Below are positions 8,089-17,409 of a DNA stretch of 64,000 nt, piece by piece. A model generated the notes under the pieces. That model made no database searches and was not told where the DNA came from. It was given only the letters and a program-made list of their open reading frames with translations. The translations under genes and the position numbers were made by a program. This DNA comes from Cryomorphaceae bacterium (GTDB lineage: Bacteria > Bacteroidota > Bacteroidia > Flavobacteriales > Schleiferiaceae). Within the stretch, counting starts at the first letter, position 1. Each line of letters starts with the position of its first letter. The DNA is taken from NCBI GenBank assembly GCA_038141825.1, contig JAYQIV010000005.1, positions 31,268 to 95,267 of the forward strand, read 5' to 3'.

Positions 8089-9412
8089 ATTGCCTACAAT
8101 CACAGACCGTGCAATCACAGTTTTTGTTGGCCTTTCGACGCTTGATTATAGCCTCTTCCATCATGCCCTTCAAATCAAGATTGTCCAAGCCGTGGTACGC
8201 TTGATCGGGTGTATATGGTGCGTGAGCATAATGTGGGCGCACATAATTGTACTCATATACCAAATCGTCGATAGTTGATTTCAAGTGCTTGAAACTAGGC
8301 GGATCCAATCTTCGAAGGTATTGCCCCTTGATGATCCTAAAGAGTCGTTCAATCATACTGTTGGATTCCGGGATATCGAACTGTGCAATCTTATGATTCA
8401 TATTGAGCCCAATTTTTTGATTTAGCTCAAGAAACAAATCGGACACCACCTTATTCTTATTTTCAACGCCCGCATCAGAGATTAAATCCAGCTGGTGCTC
8501 CAAATCCTTGTTCTTACCTATTAACGGCCTCACAGCCTCTAAAATGAGCTCACGGACGATATACTTGTCCGAAGTGGACCTACTCACCTTATAGGCCAAG
8601 ATCCGCCGAGAATAATTATCCATGATCATATACACCGAAGCCTTCTGTCCATCGCTCGTCTTGTATTTGGTGATGTCGATGTGCCAAAACTCGTTTGGGA
8701 CAGAAGCACTCACCCCCTTTTTATTCTGCTTCGCTACCTCGAACCTACGCTTGGGAAACATTTCGTTATGACGTCGTGTGAAGGTCGTATAATGACAGGA
8801 TAAACGTCCGTCTTGCCTGAGCCTGGAATGAATAGCATGCAATGGCCAATGCTCCCAAGCTGGGTCAATGCAGGCATCATGAATGATCTTAATTTCCTCA
8901 TCCGTAAGCTGATTCGTATGCTTCTTCGCGCACAACGATTGCCACGACGCATAGCATTTGAACTTACTATCCTCCACCCACGAATCATAGGTGCCTTTTT
9001 TCAACCCTATGATTTTCAACACGCTTCGAAGATCAATATCATCTTGATACGGCTCTAACGTGTTCACAATCTGCTGCTTGTTCTTTTTTAGCAGGCGCTT
9101 ATAGGCCTCTTTACTCTTGGTGGTTCGCAGAATGATCACCATTCGCATGGCCATATACGCATGAATTTCCGCTTGGCGTCGATCACTATTCTTGGATAAG
9201 GCCAACATTGTCTGTGAACTCTGCCCCATCGCCTGCATCTTTTCAAAAAGTGCCTCTGCATTCTCTTGACGCCACCGATGAATCGTCGATTTGGTGAGTT
9301 TCTTCCTGATACTTTTTGGAATTACCAATTTTTCGATGCCCATCGCATACGCATAACGCAGCTCTAAAGAGTAACGATTTCCTCGTCCCTTTTCTTCATT
9401 AAAATTTGTCAT
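8087..9412 (-). CDS. DDE (rve/integrase core) transposase of an IS-like element; terminal repeats not identified
   Basis: An N-terminal HTH-like region is followed by a DDE triad context (WHIDIT...ISDAGVENKN...ESNSMIERLF...YNYVRPH). The segment is AT-richer than its neighbours. The start was chosen at MTNFNEEKG; the ORF extends to 9439. Confidence 0.8.
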   Translation of the reverse strand: MTNFNEEKGRGNRYSLELRYAYAMGIEKLVIPKSIRKKLTKSTIHRWRQENAEALFEKMQAMGQSSQTMLALSKNSDRRQAEIHAYMAMRMVIILRTTKSKEAYKRLLKKNKQQIVNTLEPYQDDIDLRSVLKIIGLKKGTYDSWVEDSKFKCYASWQSLCAKKHTNQLTDEEIKIIHDACIDPAWEHWPLHAIHSRLRQDGRLSCHYTTFTRRHNEMFPKRRFEVAKQNKKGVSASVPNEFWHIDITKYKTSDGQKASVYMIMDNYSRRILAYKVSRSTSDKYIVRELILEAVRPLIGKNKDLEHQLDLISDAGVENKNKVVSDLFLELNQKIGLNMNHKIAQFDIPESNSMIERLFRIIKGQYLRRLDPPSFKHLKSTIDDLVYEYNYVRPHYAHAPYTPDQAYHGLDNLDLKGMMEEAIIKRRKANKNCDCTVCDCRQ

Positions 9413-9576
9413 AAAAATTAAATATTTATTATGCGACAAATTTTAGTAGTACTAAATACTTATGCTAATTAAGAGGACGCTTTCTCGCTCAACACTCATT
9501 GACCACCTGAATTCAATCAATTCTGTCGACATTCTGAGAAATTGAAGTACCTTGTTTGGACCTTATCTCCACCTTC

Positions 9577-10044
9577 ATGGAAAAACATCTGACCTTCAGC
9601 TACCACAGCTATGAGAATTGGCGACAAACCGATCTCATTCCTAAAGACGTTCAAGAAAAACTAGAGGCCTTGTTGGAAACGGCGTACGCCCCCTACTCTA
9701 ACTATCCCGTATCTAGTGTGGTCATTATGGAATCTGGTGCCCCAGTCGTTGGGTCAAATCAAGAAAACGCCGCCTATCCGGATGGACTGTGCGCCGAACG
9801 CGTATCCGTCCTAGCCGCCAAAGCCGCATATCCCGATCAGCGCATTGTTGCTGTGTACATCATGACAGCAGAAGAGCAGCGATCGCCAGCAGCTCCCTGT
9901 GGCTCTTGCCGCCAAGTATTGCATGAAGCCGAACTCCGCCAAAACGAGCCGTTCGATTTGTATCTATTGAACAAGACTAATGTTGCCCTAGAATTCAAGG
10001 GTGTACAAGGACTACTACCCTTCAGTTTTACCCTTCCGAAATAG
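9577..10044 (+). CDS. cdd: Cytidine deaminase
   Basis: Zinc motifs CAERVSV and PCGSCRQVLHE are present at a typical length of about 155 aa. Confidence 0.85.
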   Translation: MEKHLTFSYHSYENWRQTDLIPKDVQEKLEALLETAYAPYSNYPVSSVVIMESGAPVVGSNQENAAYPDGLCAERVSVLAAKAAYPDQRIVAVYIMTAEEQRSPAAPCGSCRQVLHEAELRQNEPFDLYLLNKTNVALEFKGVQGLLPFSFTLPK

Positions 10045-10591
10045 CTGTTTTGACCATCGCGAAGATCTGGTCTAATTCCTCTCGAATCAAATCCCTCGTC
10101 TCGTCATACGCGCTGGACTCACGCTCCGTGTCGTCGTATCTCTTGGGATCCTCATAACGCAAAGGCAAACGCTTCCAAGCAGAAGGAATAAATGGACAAT
10201 TTTCATCCGCGTGATCACAGGTCATGAGCGCAATAGCACGTTCACCCGGATTCTCCGCATCATCAAAAACCTTAGAAAACAGTACCGCTTCCGGCGAGCC
10301 TTCAAAGACCACTCTATACCTCGGGTTACCTTCTCCTTCAGCATCCACCTGCATGCCCAAGCGCTTCAAACTTGCAATGGTGCGCTCATTGCACGCGGTG
10401 ACCTCTACACCCCCAGAAAAACTGGTCACAGGCAAGCCGTATTGGTGGGCTAACATATGGCCCCATACCTGGGAGAATTGGCTACGGCGGGAATTGTGGG
10501 TACAAATGAAATTCAGTCGAGCTTCGCCGAACTGCGCTATACTTTCAGTAATGGCCGCGGCTACATTTTTGAGGATTTGGTGACGTTCCAT
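10028..10591 (-). CDS. Low-molecular-weight phosphatase family protein (ArsC-type arsenate reductase or protein-tyrosine-phosphatase)
   Basis: CX5R(S) P-loop ICTHNSRRSQ. The downstream MTCDHADENCP resembles thioredoxin-coupled ArsC or LMW-PTP. Confidence 0.7.
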   Translation of the reverse strand: MERHQILKNVAAAITESIAQFGEARLNFICTHNSRRSQFSQVWGHMLAHQYGLPVTSFSGGVEVTACNERTIASLKRLGMQVDAEGEGNPRYRVVFEGSPEAVLFSKVFDDAENPGERAIALMTCDHADENCPFIPSAWKRLPLRYEDPKRYDDTERESSAYDETRDLIREELDQIFAMVKTAISEG

Positions 10592-10851
10592 ACGTGTTTG
10601 TTTGGATACGAAAATATTGAATTCTGATCAGGATTACGAACTCACCGTAATCACCTAAACTATACTCCACTATTTTCCTGATAGTGAATAATTTAAATTA
10701 TCTGATACTTTTAATCAGATCTTAAACACTTGATTATTAAACCATTAATAAGTGATTGTTTATTAATTGTTCATAACTACAATGCTTGATTTAAATACAT
10801 AACATTCAGTTAACATTAGAGAACGACTTTCGCAGCGTAAAACAAATAACT

Positions 10852-12062
10852 ATGTTCTCTAAAAAACTTGGAATAAGCATTTTAGCAGTAGCTCTTACGT
10901 TAGTTTCTGCACGTGCTCAACAAGGCGTTAACGACATTTCATTTGGTAAAGGCCTAATGAATTATGTAGCTGCAGATAGTAGCTTCAGTGTGAAATTTGC
11001 TCCCCGCATGCAAGTGCGTTACTATGGAAACAGTGGCTTTGATAACGGTAGCCTCGGAAAAGTCGACCATGACTTTCTAATACGTAGATCTCGTTTCAAA
11101 TTCGACGGTTGGGCCTACCACCCTTCTATCAAATACAAAATGGAGTTCGGTCTTACCAATAATGACATCTCAGGTGCCAACGAATTCACCAAAGATGCGC
11201 CAAGATTAATTCTTGATGCAGTTTTGAAGTGGGGCTTTGCACCAGGTTGGGAACTATGGGCTGGACAGACAAAACTTCCTGGAAACATTGAGCGTGTAAT
11301 TTCAAGTGCCAATCTACAGTTGGTAGACCGTTCTATGTTGAACAGTAAGTTTAACATTGACCGCGACATGGGACTACAACTACGCCATAAATCAACGTTC
11401 GGAAACGTAGTTACAAAAGAGAAATTCGCCATCAGCCAAGGTGAAGGTCGTAACATCACCGCAGGTAATGTTGGTGGTTTGCAGTACACCGCTCGCCTTG
11501 AAGTGCTTACCCTTTCGGTGAGTTCACCAAAAAAGGAGACTATATGGGCTCTTCAACGGTTCGTGAAAAGTCTCCAAAATTACTTTTAGCGTACACCTAC
11601 GACTTGAACAGCAATGCGGTGAAAGACCGTTCGAACATGGGCTCATACATGTACCTTGCTGATGGAAGTCTTTACCAAACAAATATCACCACGCAGTTTT
11701 TAGATGTTGCGTTCAAATACCAAGGATTTTCTTTGATGTCGGAGTTGGCTTCACGTGCAGCTGCAAATCCTGTAGCCGTAGAAGCAGATGGTACGGCCAC
11801 TGGAGATATCGTCCTAGTAGGTAGTGCTTTTAACTTGGCAATGGGCCAATTCATTTCTGAAAAAGTAGAGGTGGCCGCTCGCTACACTACACTTATGTTT
11901 GATGAAATCGCAGAAACCGATAACACTGCACAATATACCCTCGGCTTGAATAAATTTGTCGTAGGTCATAAGTTAAAAGTGCAATCTGATATCAGCTATA
12001 CCACTAAAGCCGGAGAGGCCAGCGGTGTGATGTTCAGAACAGGTTTTGAATTGCACTTCTAA
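10852..12062 (+). pseudogene. Phosphate-selective porin O/P-like outer-membrane porin, split by one frameshift
   Basis: The signal peptide is followed by FSVKFAPRMQVRYYG...FLIRRSRFKFDGWAY, and the protein ends ...TGFELHF. ORFs 10852-11589 and 11544-12062 join colinearly (..RLEVL / YPFGEFTKKGDYMGSS..) if 1 nt is restored near 11505-11512. Confidence 0.7.
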
Positions 12063-12115
12063 TCTTAACCCACAGGTAACATTGCGGACGTAATTTCGCA
12101 GCATATTTAAACACT

Positions 12116-14361
12116 ATGGACAGTATTTTTTACTTGATGATTTTCGCACTCGCAATTCTAGCAGTAGCGGATCTGGTTGTAGGAGTCAGTAACGACGCCG
12201 TCAACTTCTTGAACTCAGCCATCGGCTCGAAAGCGATCTCCTTTAAAAAGTCATGATTATTGCCAGTCTCGGAGTATTTGTCGGGGCAGTATTCTCCAGC
12301 GGTATGATGGAGGTAGCGCGTAAGGGAATCTTTATGCCTTCGAAATTCTACTTCGACGAGATCATGTTCATCTTTATGGCTGTAATGATTGGAGACATCC
12401 TCCTATTGGATTTCTTCAACACCTTGGGTATGCCCACCTCCACAACAGTATCTATCGTATTCAACCTTTTGGGAGCTGCGGTAGTGATGGCCTTGATAAA
12501 AATTGGCATGTCTGACGAGAGACTGTGCAGATTTAAGCAATTACATCAACACCGAAAAAAGCCAAGGAAATCATTTCATTGTATCCTTCTTTCGGTAGTG
12601 ATTTCGTTTCAATATTGGTATGATTGTTCAATGGATTTCCCGATTAGTCTTCACGTTCCAATACGAAAAGAAAGTAAAGAACTTCGGATTTGTATTCGCA
12701 GGAATCTGTCTCACCGCTATCGGCTATTTTATTGTTTTTCAAAGGGTTTAAAGGAACACCGTTCTACGAAACATCAAAGGATTGGCTTGAACAAAAAATG
12801 CTCTTGATAGGAGGAATGTTGTTAGTCTTTTGGTCTCTACTTATGCTTATCGTGGACCGATTATTAAAGGTCAACGTCCTCGTCGTAGTCATCGGTGTTG
12901 GTACCTTCGGTCTTGCCCTGGCGTTTGCGGGAAATGATTTGGTAAACTTCATCGGGGTTCCTATGGCCGCATGGCACAGCTACGAAGCATGGTCTGTTTC
13001 GGGAGTTGCAGCGAGTGAATTTTCGATGGAAATTCTATCCGAAAGTTCCGGCAGAACCATTACTTCTTGTTCATTTCAGGGATTATGGTGACCCTGACCT
13101 TGTGGCTTTCCAAAAAGGCCCGTCGCGTAGTGGACACTGCTATCAACCTATCTCGTCAAGGCGATGGTAGAAAAATTCCAACCCAAATTTCTTTCAAAAG
13201 CAGCATCGTTAAAGGATCCACAAATTTGGTCAACCTCTTTGGTGCGGCTATTCCTCCAAGCATTCAAGCGAAAATCGATCAAAGTTTTCAAACTCCAACC
13301 CTTGAGTTGAGTGAAGCCGACGCACGCGACCTTCCTGCATTCGATTTAATTCGCGCCTCTATTAACCTCGCTGTTGCCGGTGTGTTGATTTCCATTGCAA
13401 CAGGCATGAAGCTGCCGCTCTCCACTACCTATGTAACCTTTATGGTGGCCATGGGAACTTCCTTAGCCGACCGCGCATGGGGACGTGAAAGTGCTGTCTA
13501 CCGCGTCGCCGGGGTAGTAAACGTCATTGGAGGATGGTTCATGACGGCATTATTCGCCTTCCTCTTCGCAGGAACGTTGGTATATATCATTCATCTAGGT
13601 CGCGGTGCCGCAGTCGCAGTTCTACTCATTCTCACCGCTGCCTTAATCATCCGTAATTATCTTAAGCATCGTCGAGAAACGGCTGTCCCACAAGCCGGTC
13701 AAGAAGGTCTTACCAAAGCAGCCAGCAAGACCGTACAAGGAATTGTTGAGGAAAGCTCCGACAACGTTGCTAAAAGTATTTATCGTACCTCACGAATCTT
13801 CAATGGCGTAGTGGAAGGCCTGTCCAACCACGATGCACCAGAACTGAAGAAAATGGTCAAGCGCGTTGCTTAACTTGAGGATGAGGTTGACGACTTGCGC
13901 AATCATCTTTTCTACTTCATCAAGAGCTTGGACGACGCTAGTGTACGTGGCTCAAACTTCTACATCATGGTACTGGCCAACCTCACCGATATCGTACAAT
14001 CTCTTGAGTTGTTGGCTAAGAAAAGTTTCAAACACGTCGACAACCATCACAAGCCATTGAGCAAAAGCCAAATCTCAGATTTAGCAGAAGTGGAACGCGC
14101 CCTGGCAAAAATTTTAGTGGATGTAGAAACTGCCTTCAAAACGCAGAATTTCAACAAACTCTCGGAATGTCTTCAAGCAAGAGACAGCATTATAACATTG
14201 GTATCTCCAAAGTTGATGCACAAATTGCAAGAACTAGAGATGAAGAGAATAGCCCAAAGAACACAACCTTGTACTTCAACCTACTCCTAGAATCCAAAGA
14301 TCTTGCCCGCGGTGTATTCTCGCTCATTGAAGAATACCACAACGGGATGAAAGGGCAGTAA
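12116..14361 (+). pseudogene. PiT-family inorganic phosphate transporter with PhoU-like C-terminal region, heavily disrupted
   Basis: Colinear fragments lie in all three frames: MDSIFYLMIFALAILAVADLVVGVSNDAVNFLNSAIGSKA..; MIIASLGVFVGAVFSSGMMEVARKG..; ADLSNYINTEK; AKEIIS; ILLSVVISF; NIGMIVQWISRLVFTF..; FKGFKGTPFYE..GNDLVNFIGVPMAAW..; VPAEPLLL; FISGIMVTLTLW..; LEDEVDDLRNHLFYFIK..; VDAQIARTRDEENSPKNTTLYFNLLLESKDL. There is an in-frame TAA at 13871-13873. Confidence 0.8.
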
Positions 14362-14365
14362 GTAC

Positions 14366-15172
14366 ATGCACATCGTCTATTTCTGTACCACCCCCACTGC
14401 TGAGCTTCTCGTACAACTCGAGACCTCCATCTTGCTCTGCAAGAAAGGGGCGCCGGAAAGTCAGATACACCTCTATACGGATGATAGTGCTGTAGGCCTC
14501 AATTGGCCCATAATTCAACATATCCTCACCCCAGAACAACTCACGCAGTGGCAGGGACCTAAGGGATTCTTTTGGCGCATTAAAATGCAAGTCCTTGCAG
14601 ATATCTGCGCATTGTATCCCAACGACCCCATACTCTATCTTGATGCCGACACCTTGGCGTTGGACCTCCCCGGTTTACAGGCCCAATTATCTACGCCAAT
14701 GATGCACCTAAACGAAGGAGCATTGGGTTCACTGAATACCAAAACCGAACGGAGAACGCTGCGGGAATTGGACCAAAAAACATTCCAGGGCATCACCACA
14801 ACCGCGCAAAGCACGATGTTTAACGCCGGTGTCATCGCCCTCCCTCCCGGTCACCGCGAGGCCATTGAGCACGCCATTGCACTTTGTGATCGCTACTTAG
14901 AAACCTCCGCTCCGGTTAGACTCCTCGAACAATTGGCCTTCAGCCTTGCCCTGAATAAAGACCAATTACTTCAAGAAGCCCAACCTTTTATCGCACACTA
15001 CTGGAGCACGAAAGATTGGTGGGTTCCCTATCTAAAACTTTGGCTAGACCAACAAGGGCCTACTTTCGAGGAACGTCTACAGGCCATTCATACTTTAAAT
15101 GTGAAGGCCCATCCCTACTGGGCAAAGCGCTCTAATACCGCTCGACGACTGCGCAAACTATTGGGCAGATAA
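14366..15172 (+). CDS. Hypothetical protein, possibly a DXD-type nucleotide-sugar transferase
   Basis: 268-aa intact ORF that starts 4 nt after the PiT stop. It contains LYLDADTLALD and a later MFNAGVIAL segment reminiscent of GT8-like folds. The assignment is weak. Confidence 0.45.
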   Translation: MHIVYFCTTPTAELLVQLETSILLCKKGAPESQIHLYTDDSAVGLNWPIIQHILTPEQLTQWQGPKGFFWRIKMQVLADICALYPNDPILYLDADTLALDLPGLQAQLSTPMMHLNEGALGSLNTKTERRTLRELDQKTFQGITTTAQSTMFNAGVIALPPGHREAIEHAIALCDRYLETSAPVRLLEQLAFSLALNKDQLLQEAQPFIAHYWSTKDWWVPYLKLWLDQQGPTFEERLQAIHTLNVKAHPYWAKRSNTARRLRKLLGR

Positions 15173-15276
15173 ACCCCAAGTGTGAGTGAAGTCACAACCT
15201 TTTCGCAATTAGTATTTTATCTTCGGGGCTACTGCCCTCCCAAGAAAAGATGCGGGAGCGACCAACACAAAAATTT

Positions 15277-16908
15277 ATGACCATGCAGAAGAATTGGATT
15301 CTAAGCGGAATAGCAGCGACCGGACTATTGTTCGGGTCGTGCCAGATGGGCGATAGCGCTCCTGAAGGACCGCAAAAAATCACCATCCTACAAACCGCAG
15401 ATATTCACGGACAGGTATACCCTCACAGCGAATTGTTCTGGGAGAATGAAGAAATCAGCTTCAAGACCCTAGGCGGACTCGCGAATATGAAAACCTTGTT
15501 CGACCAAGAACGTGCCGCCAACCCAAATACCATCGTCCTTGACGGTGGTGACTTGATCCAAGGCTCAGCCGTCGCGGCCCTCTCCAAAGGTGAAGCATTC
15601 AGCTCCATCGTCAAGGCCATGGACTTCGACTTCCTCATTCCTGGAAACTGGGAGGTCGTCTACGGTAAAGAACAAATGATGAAGGTCCTCAAGGGCTACG
15701 AAACTCCTGTGATCACGGCCAACATGTTCCACGATGAAGAAGGCAAGGCTCCGATCTTCCCTCAATATTGGATCAAGGATATCGCCGGCGCTCGCTTAGG
15801 ATTCATCTCTTACAACGACCCTGAGGTGCCCATCCGCCAAAACCCATCCTTTTCTGAAGGGCTAGATTTTGACCCCATTTTGGATAATTTGGGCCAATTA
15901 GTCAATAAACTCAAAGACGAAGAAGGTGTAGATATCCTGTTCGTGGTCACCCACATCGGAATCAGCAAGCAGTTTGATTTGGCCAACAACCCAGCCCTAG
16001 AGCGTGTGGATTATGTCTTAGGGAATGATACCCACGAGCGCATTCGCGAACCGCTTCAAGCCGGCCACGCCAAAGTTACCGAGCCAGGGGCTTTCGCTTC
16101 ATTCGTTGGAAAGATGGTACTAGAAGTAGAAGATGGTAAAATCATTTCTGAGCAGTACGAACTCCTGGAAGTAGATCCTACCGTATACGAAGCAGATGCA
16201 GAAGTTGCCGCAGTCATTGAAGAAGCCATCGCTCCTTACGGCGATGAAATCAATGAAGTATTAGGCTACACTTCCACCCCATTATACCGCTACTTCGTGG
16301 TAGAAAACCCTATGGACAACTTCATCACGGATGCGGCCATGTGGAAAAACGACGTTGATATCGCCTTGAGCAATGGATTTAGATTCAGTCCTCCGATTGT
16401 GCCGGGAGAAAGCGGCGTTGCCCCTATTACGCGCGGCGACCTATGGAACATGTTGCCGGTAAATGAAAAAGTTAAAATAGGCAAAGCCAGTGGACAGCAA
16501 ATCAAAGACTGGCTGGAAAAGGAATTGCACAACGTATTTGCCGAAAACCCGAACGAACGCTTCGGCGGATGGGTAGTGCGTTTCTCAGGCATGCAGTTGA
16601 CCTTTAACGCAAATGCTCCTAAAGGCGAGCGCGTGCAAGAAGTAGTGATTCAAGGCGAACCCATGGAGGTAGATAAGCTCTACACGATGTCGGCTTGTCG
16701 CCGTGAAGGTGAGCCAATCAGCACTCTTTGTCGTATGCCGAATACCGTTGAAACGGTAGTTATGGACTACACCGTTCACGATTTGATTGAAGAATACTTG
16801 GCCCACTTCGATACCATTGCTCCAGTTCGCGACGGCCGTGCGGTTGCTGCAGATTTAGGAGATAATGTATTGAGCCAATTGCCAGGAACAGATTACCATT
16901 TCCATTAA
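15277..16908 (+). CDS. Metallophosphatase/5'-nucleotidase-family lipoprotein with non-canonical motifs
   Basis: Lipobox MTMQKNWILSGIAATGLLFGSC. Motifs TADIHGQ, DGGDLIQGS and VVTHIG are present, but GNWE replaces GNHE and GNDTHE replaces GHxH. A 5'-nucleotidase-like C-terminal domain follows. Confidence 0.7.
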   Translation: MTMQKNWILSGIAATGLLFGSCQMGDSAPEGPQKITILQTADIHGQVYPHSELFWENEEISFKTLGGLANMKTLFDQERAANPNTIVLDGGDLIQGSAVAALSKGEAFSSIVKAMDFDFLIPGNWEVVYGKEQMMKVLKGYETPVITANMFHDEEGKAPIFPQYWIKDIAGARLGFISYNDPEVPIRQNPSFSEGLDFDPILDNLGQLVNKLKDEEGVDILFVVTHIGISKQFDLANNPALERVDYVLGNDTHERIREPLQAGHAKVTEPGAFASFVGKMVLEVEDGKIISEQYELLEVDPTVYEADAEVAAVIEEAIAPYGDEINEVLGYTSTPLYRYFVVENPMDNFITDAAMWKNDVDIALSNGFRFSPPIVPGESGVAPITRGDLWNMLPVNEKVKIGKASGQQIKDWLEKELHNVFAENPNERFGGWVVRFSGMQLTFNANAPKGERVQEVVIQGEPMEVDKLYTMSACRREGEPISTLCRMPNTVETVVMDYTVHDLIEEYLAHFDTIAPVRDGRAVAADLGDNVLSQLPGTDYHFH

Positions 16909-16916
16909 TAGTACAC

Positions 16917-17348
16917 ATGAAAAAATTCATCATCACCTTTAGCCTCGCAGCCTTGGCACTTGCCAGCTGCCAAGCTCCGGCCCCTACCGAAGATGTGGTC
17001 GAGGAAACAGTAGAGAACAACTACTTCATCCTCAACCGCAATGTAGAACAGCTCAAAGCCGTCGGGAAAGCCGCGGCAGATCTTGCGGTATCAGATTCCA
17101 CCACCTACGGCACCTTCAAGGTGGTAGTATGCGGCAAGTCTGTTCAAGATTTGCTTGACGAAGAGAAAATGGCCGATGCAGTGGCGATTCTCCAAGAAAG
17201 TGGCGTAGAGATGTATGCTTGTGGCCTTTCATTGAAGAAATTTGGTGTAGATCCAGCTGCACTGCCAGAGTTCTACCAGGTCGTTCCAAATGGCTTGGTT
17301 TTTGGATTTGAACTACAGAAGGAAGGTTATTATTCGATAACCCTCTAG
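16917..17348 (+). CDS. DsrE/DsrF-like family lipoprotein
   Basis: Lipobox MKKFIITFSLAALALASC, then a DsrE-like body (FKVVVCGKSVQDLL...VEMYACGLSLKKFGVD...GFELQKEGYYSI). Confidence 0.55.
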   Translation: MKKFIITFSLAALALASCQAPAPTEDVVEETVENNYFILNRNVEQLKAVGKAAADLAVSDSTTYGTFKVVVCGKSVQDLLDEEKMADAVAILQESGVEMYACGLSLKKFGVDPAALPEFYQVVPNGLVFGFELQKEGYYSITL

Positions 17349-17373
17349 ATCTAGGTTAATAACACCCCTAGAG

Positions 17374-17409
17374 ATCCCGTGCCTCGATGAGGTGCGGGAT
17401 TTTTTTTTA
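17374..17409 (+). terminator. Intrinsic terminator, probably bidirectional
   Basis: 12-bp stem ATCCCGTGCCTC-GAT-GAGGTGCGGGAT (two G-U pairs) followed by T9. It lies between convergent genes. Confidence 0.8.

Noticed and set aside
8035-9560. Terminal inverted repeats or target-site duplication of the transposase element
   Set aside because: Only a 7-nt AGTATTT match between the flanks was found by eye, which is insufficient to define IS ends.
12116-14361. Programmed ribosomal frameshifting or recoding as the explanation for the PiT fragments
   Set aside because: There are too many shifts, about nine, plus a nonsense codon. They lack common slippery heptamers or stimulatory structures. Decay or error is far more parsimonious.
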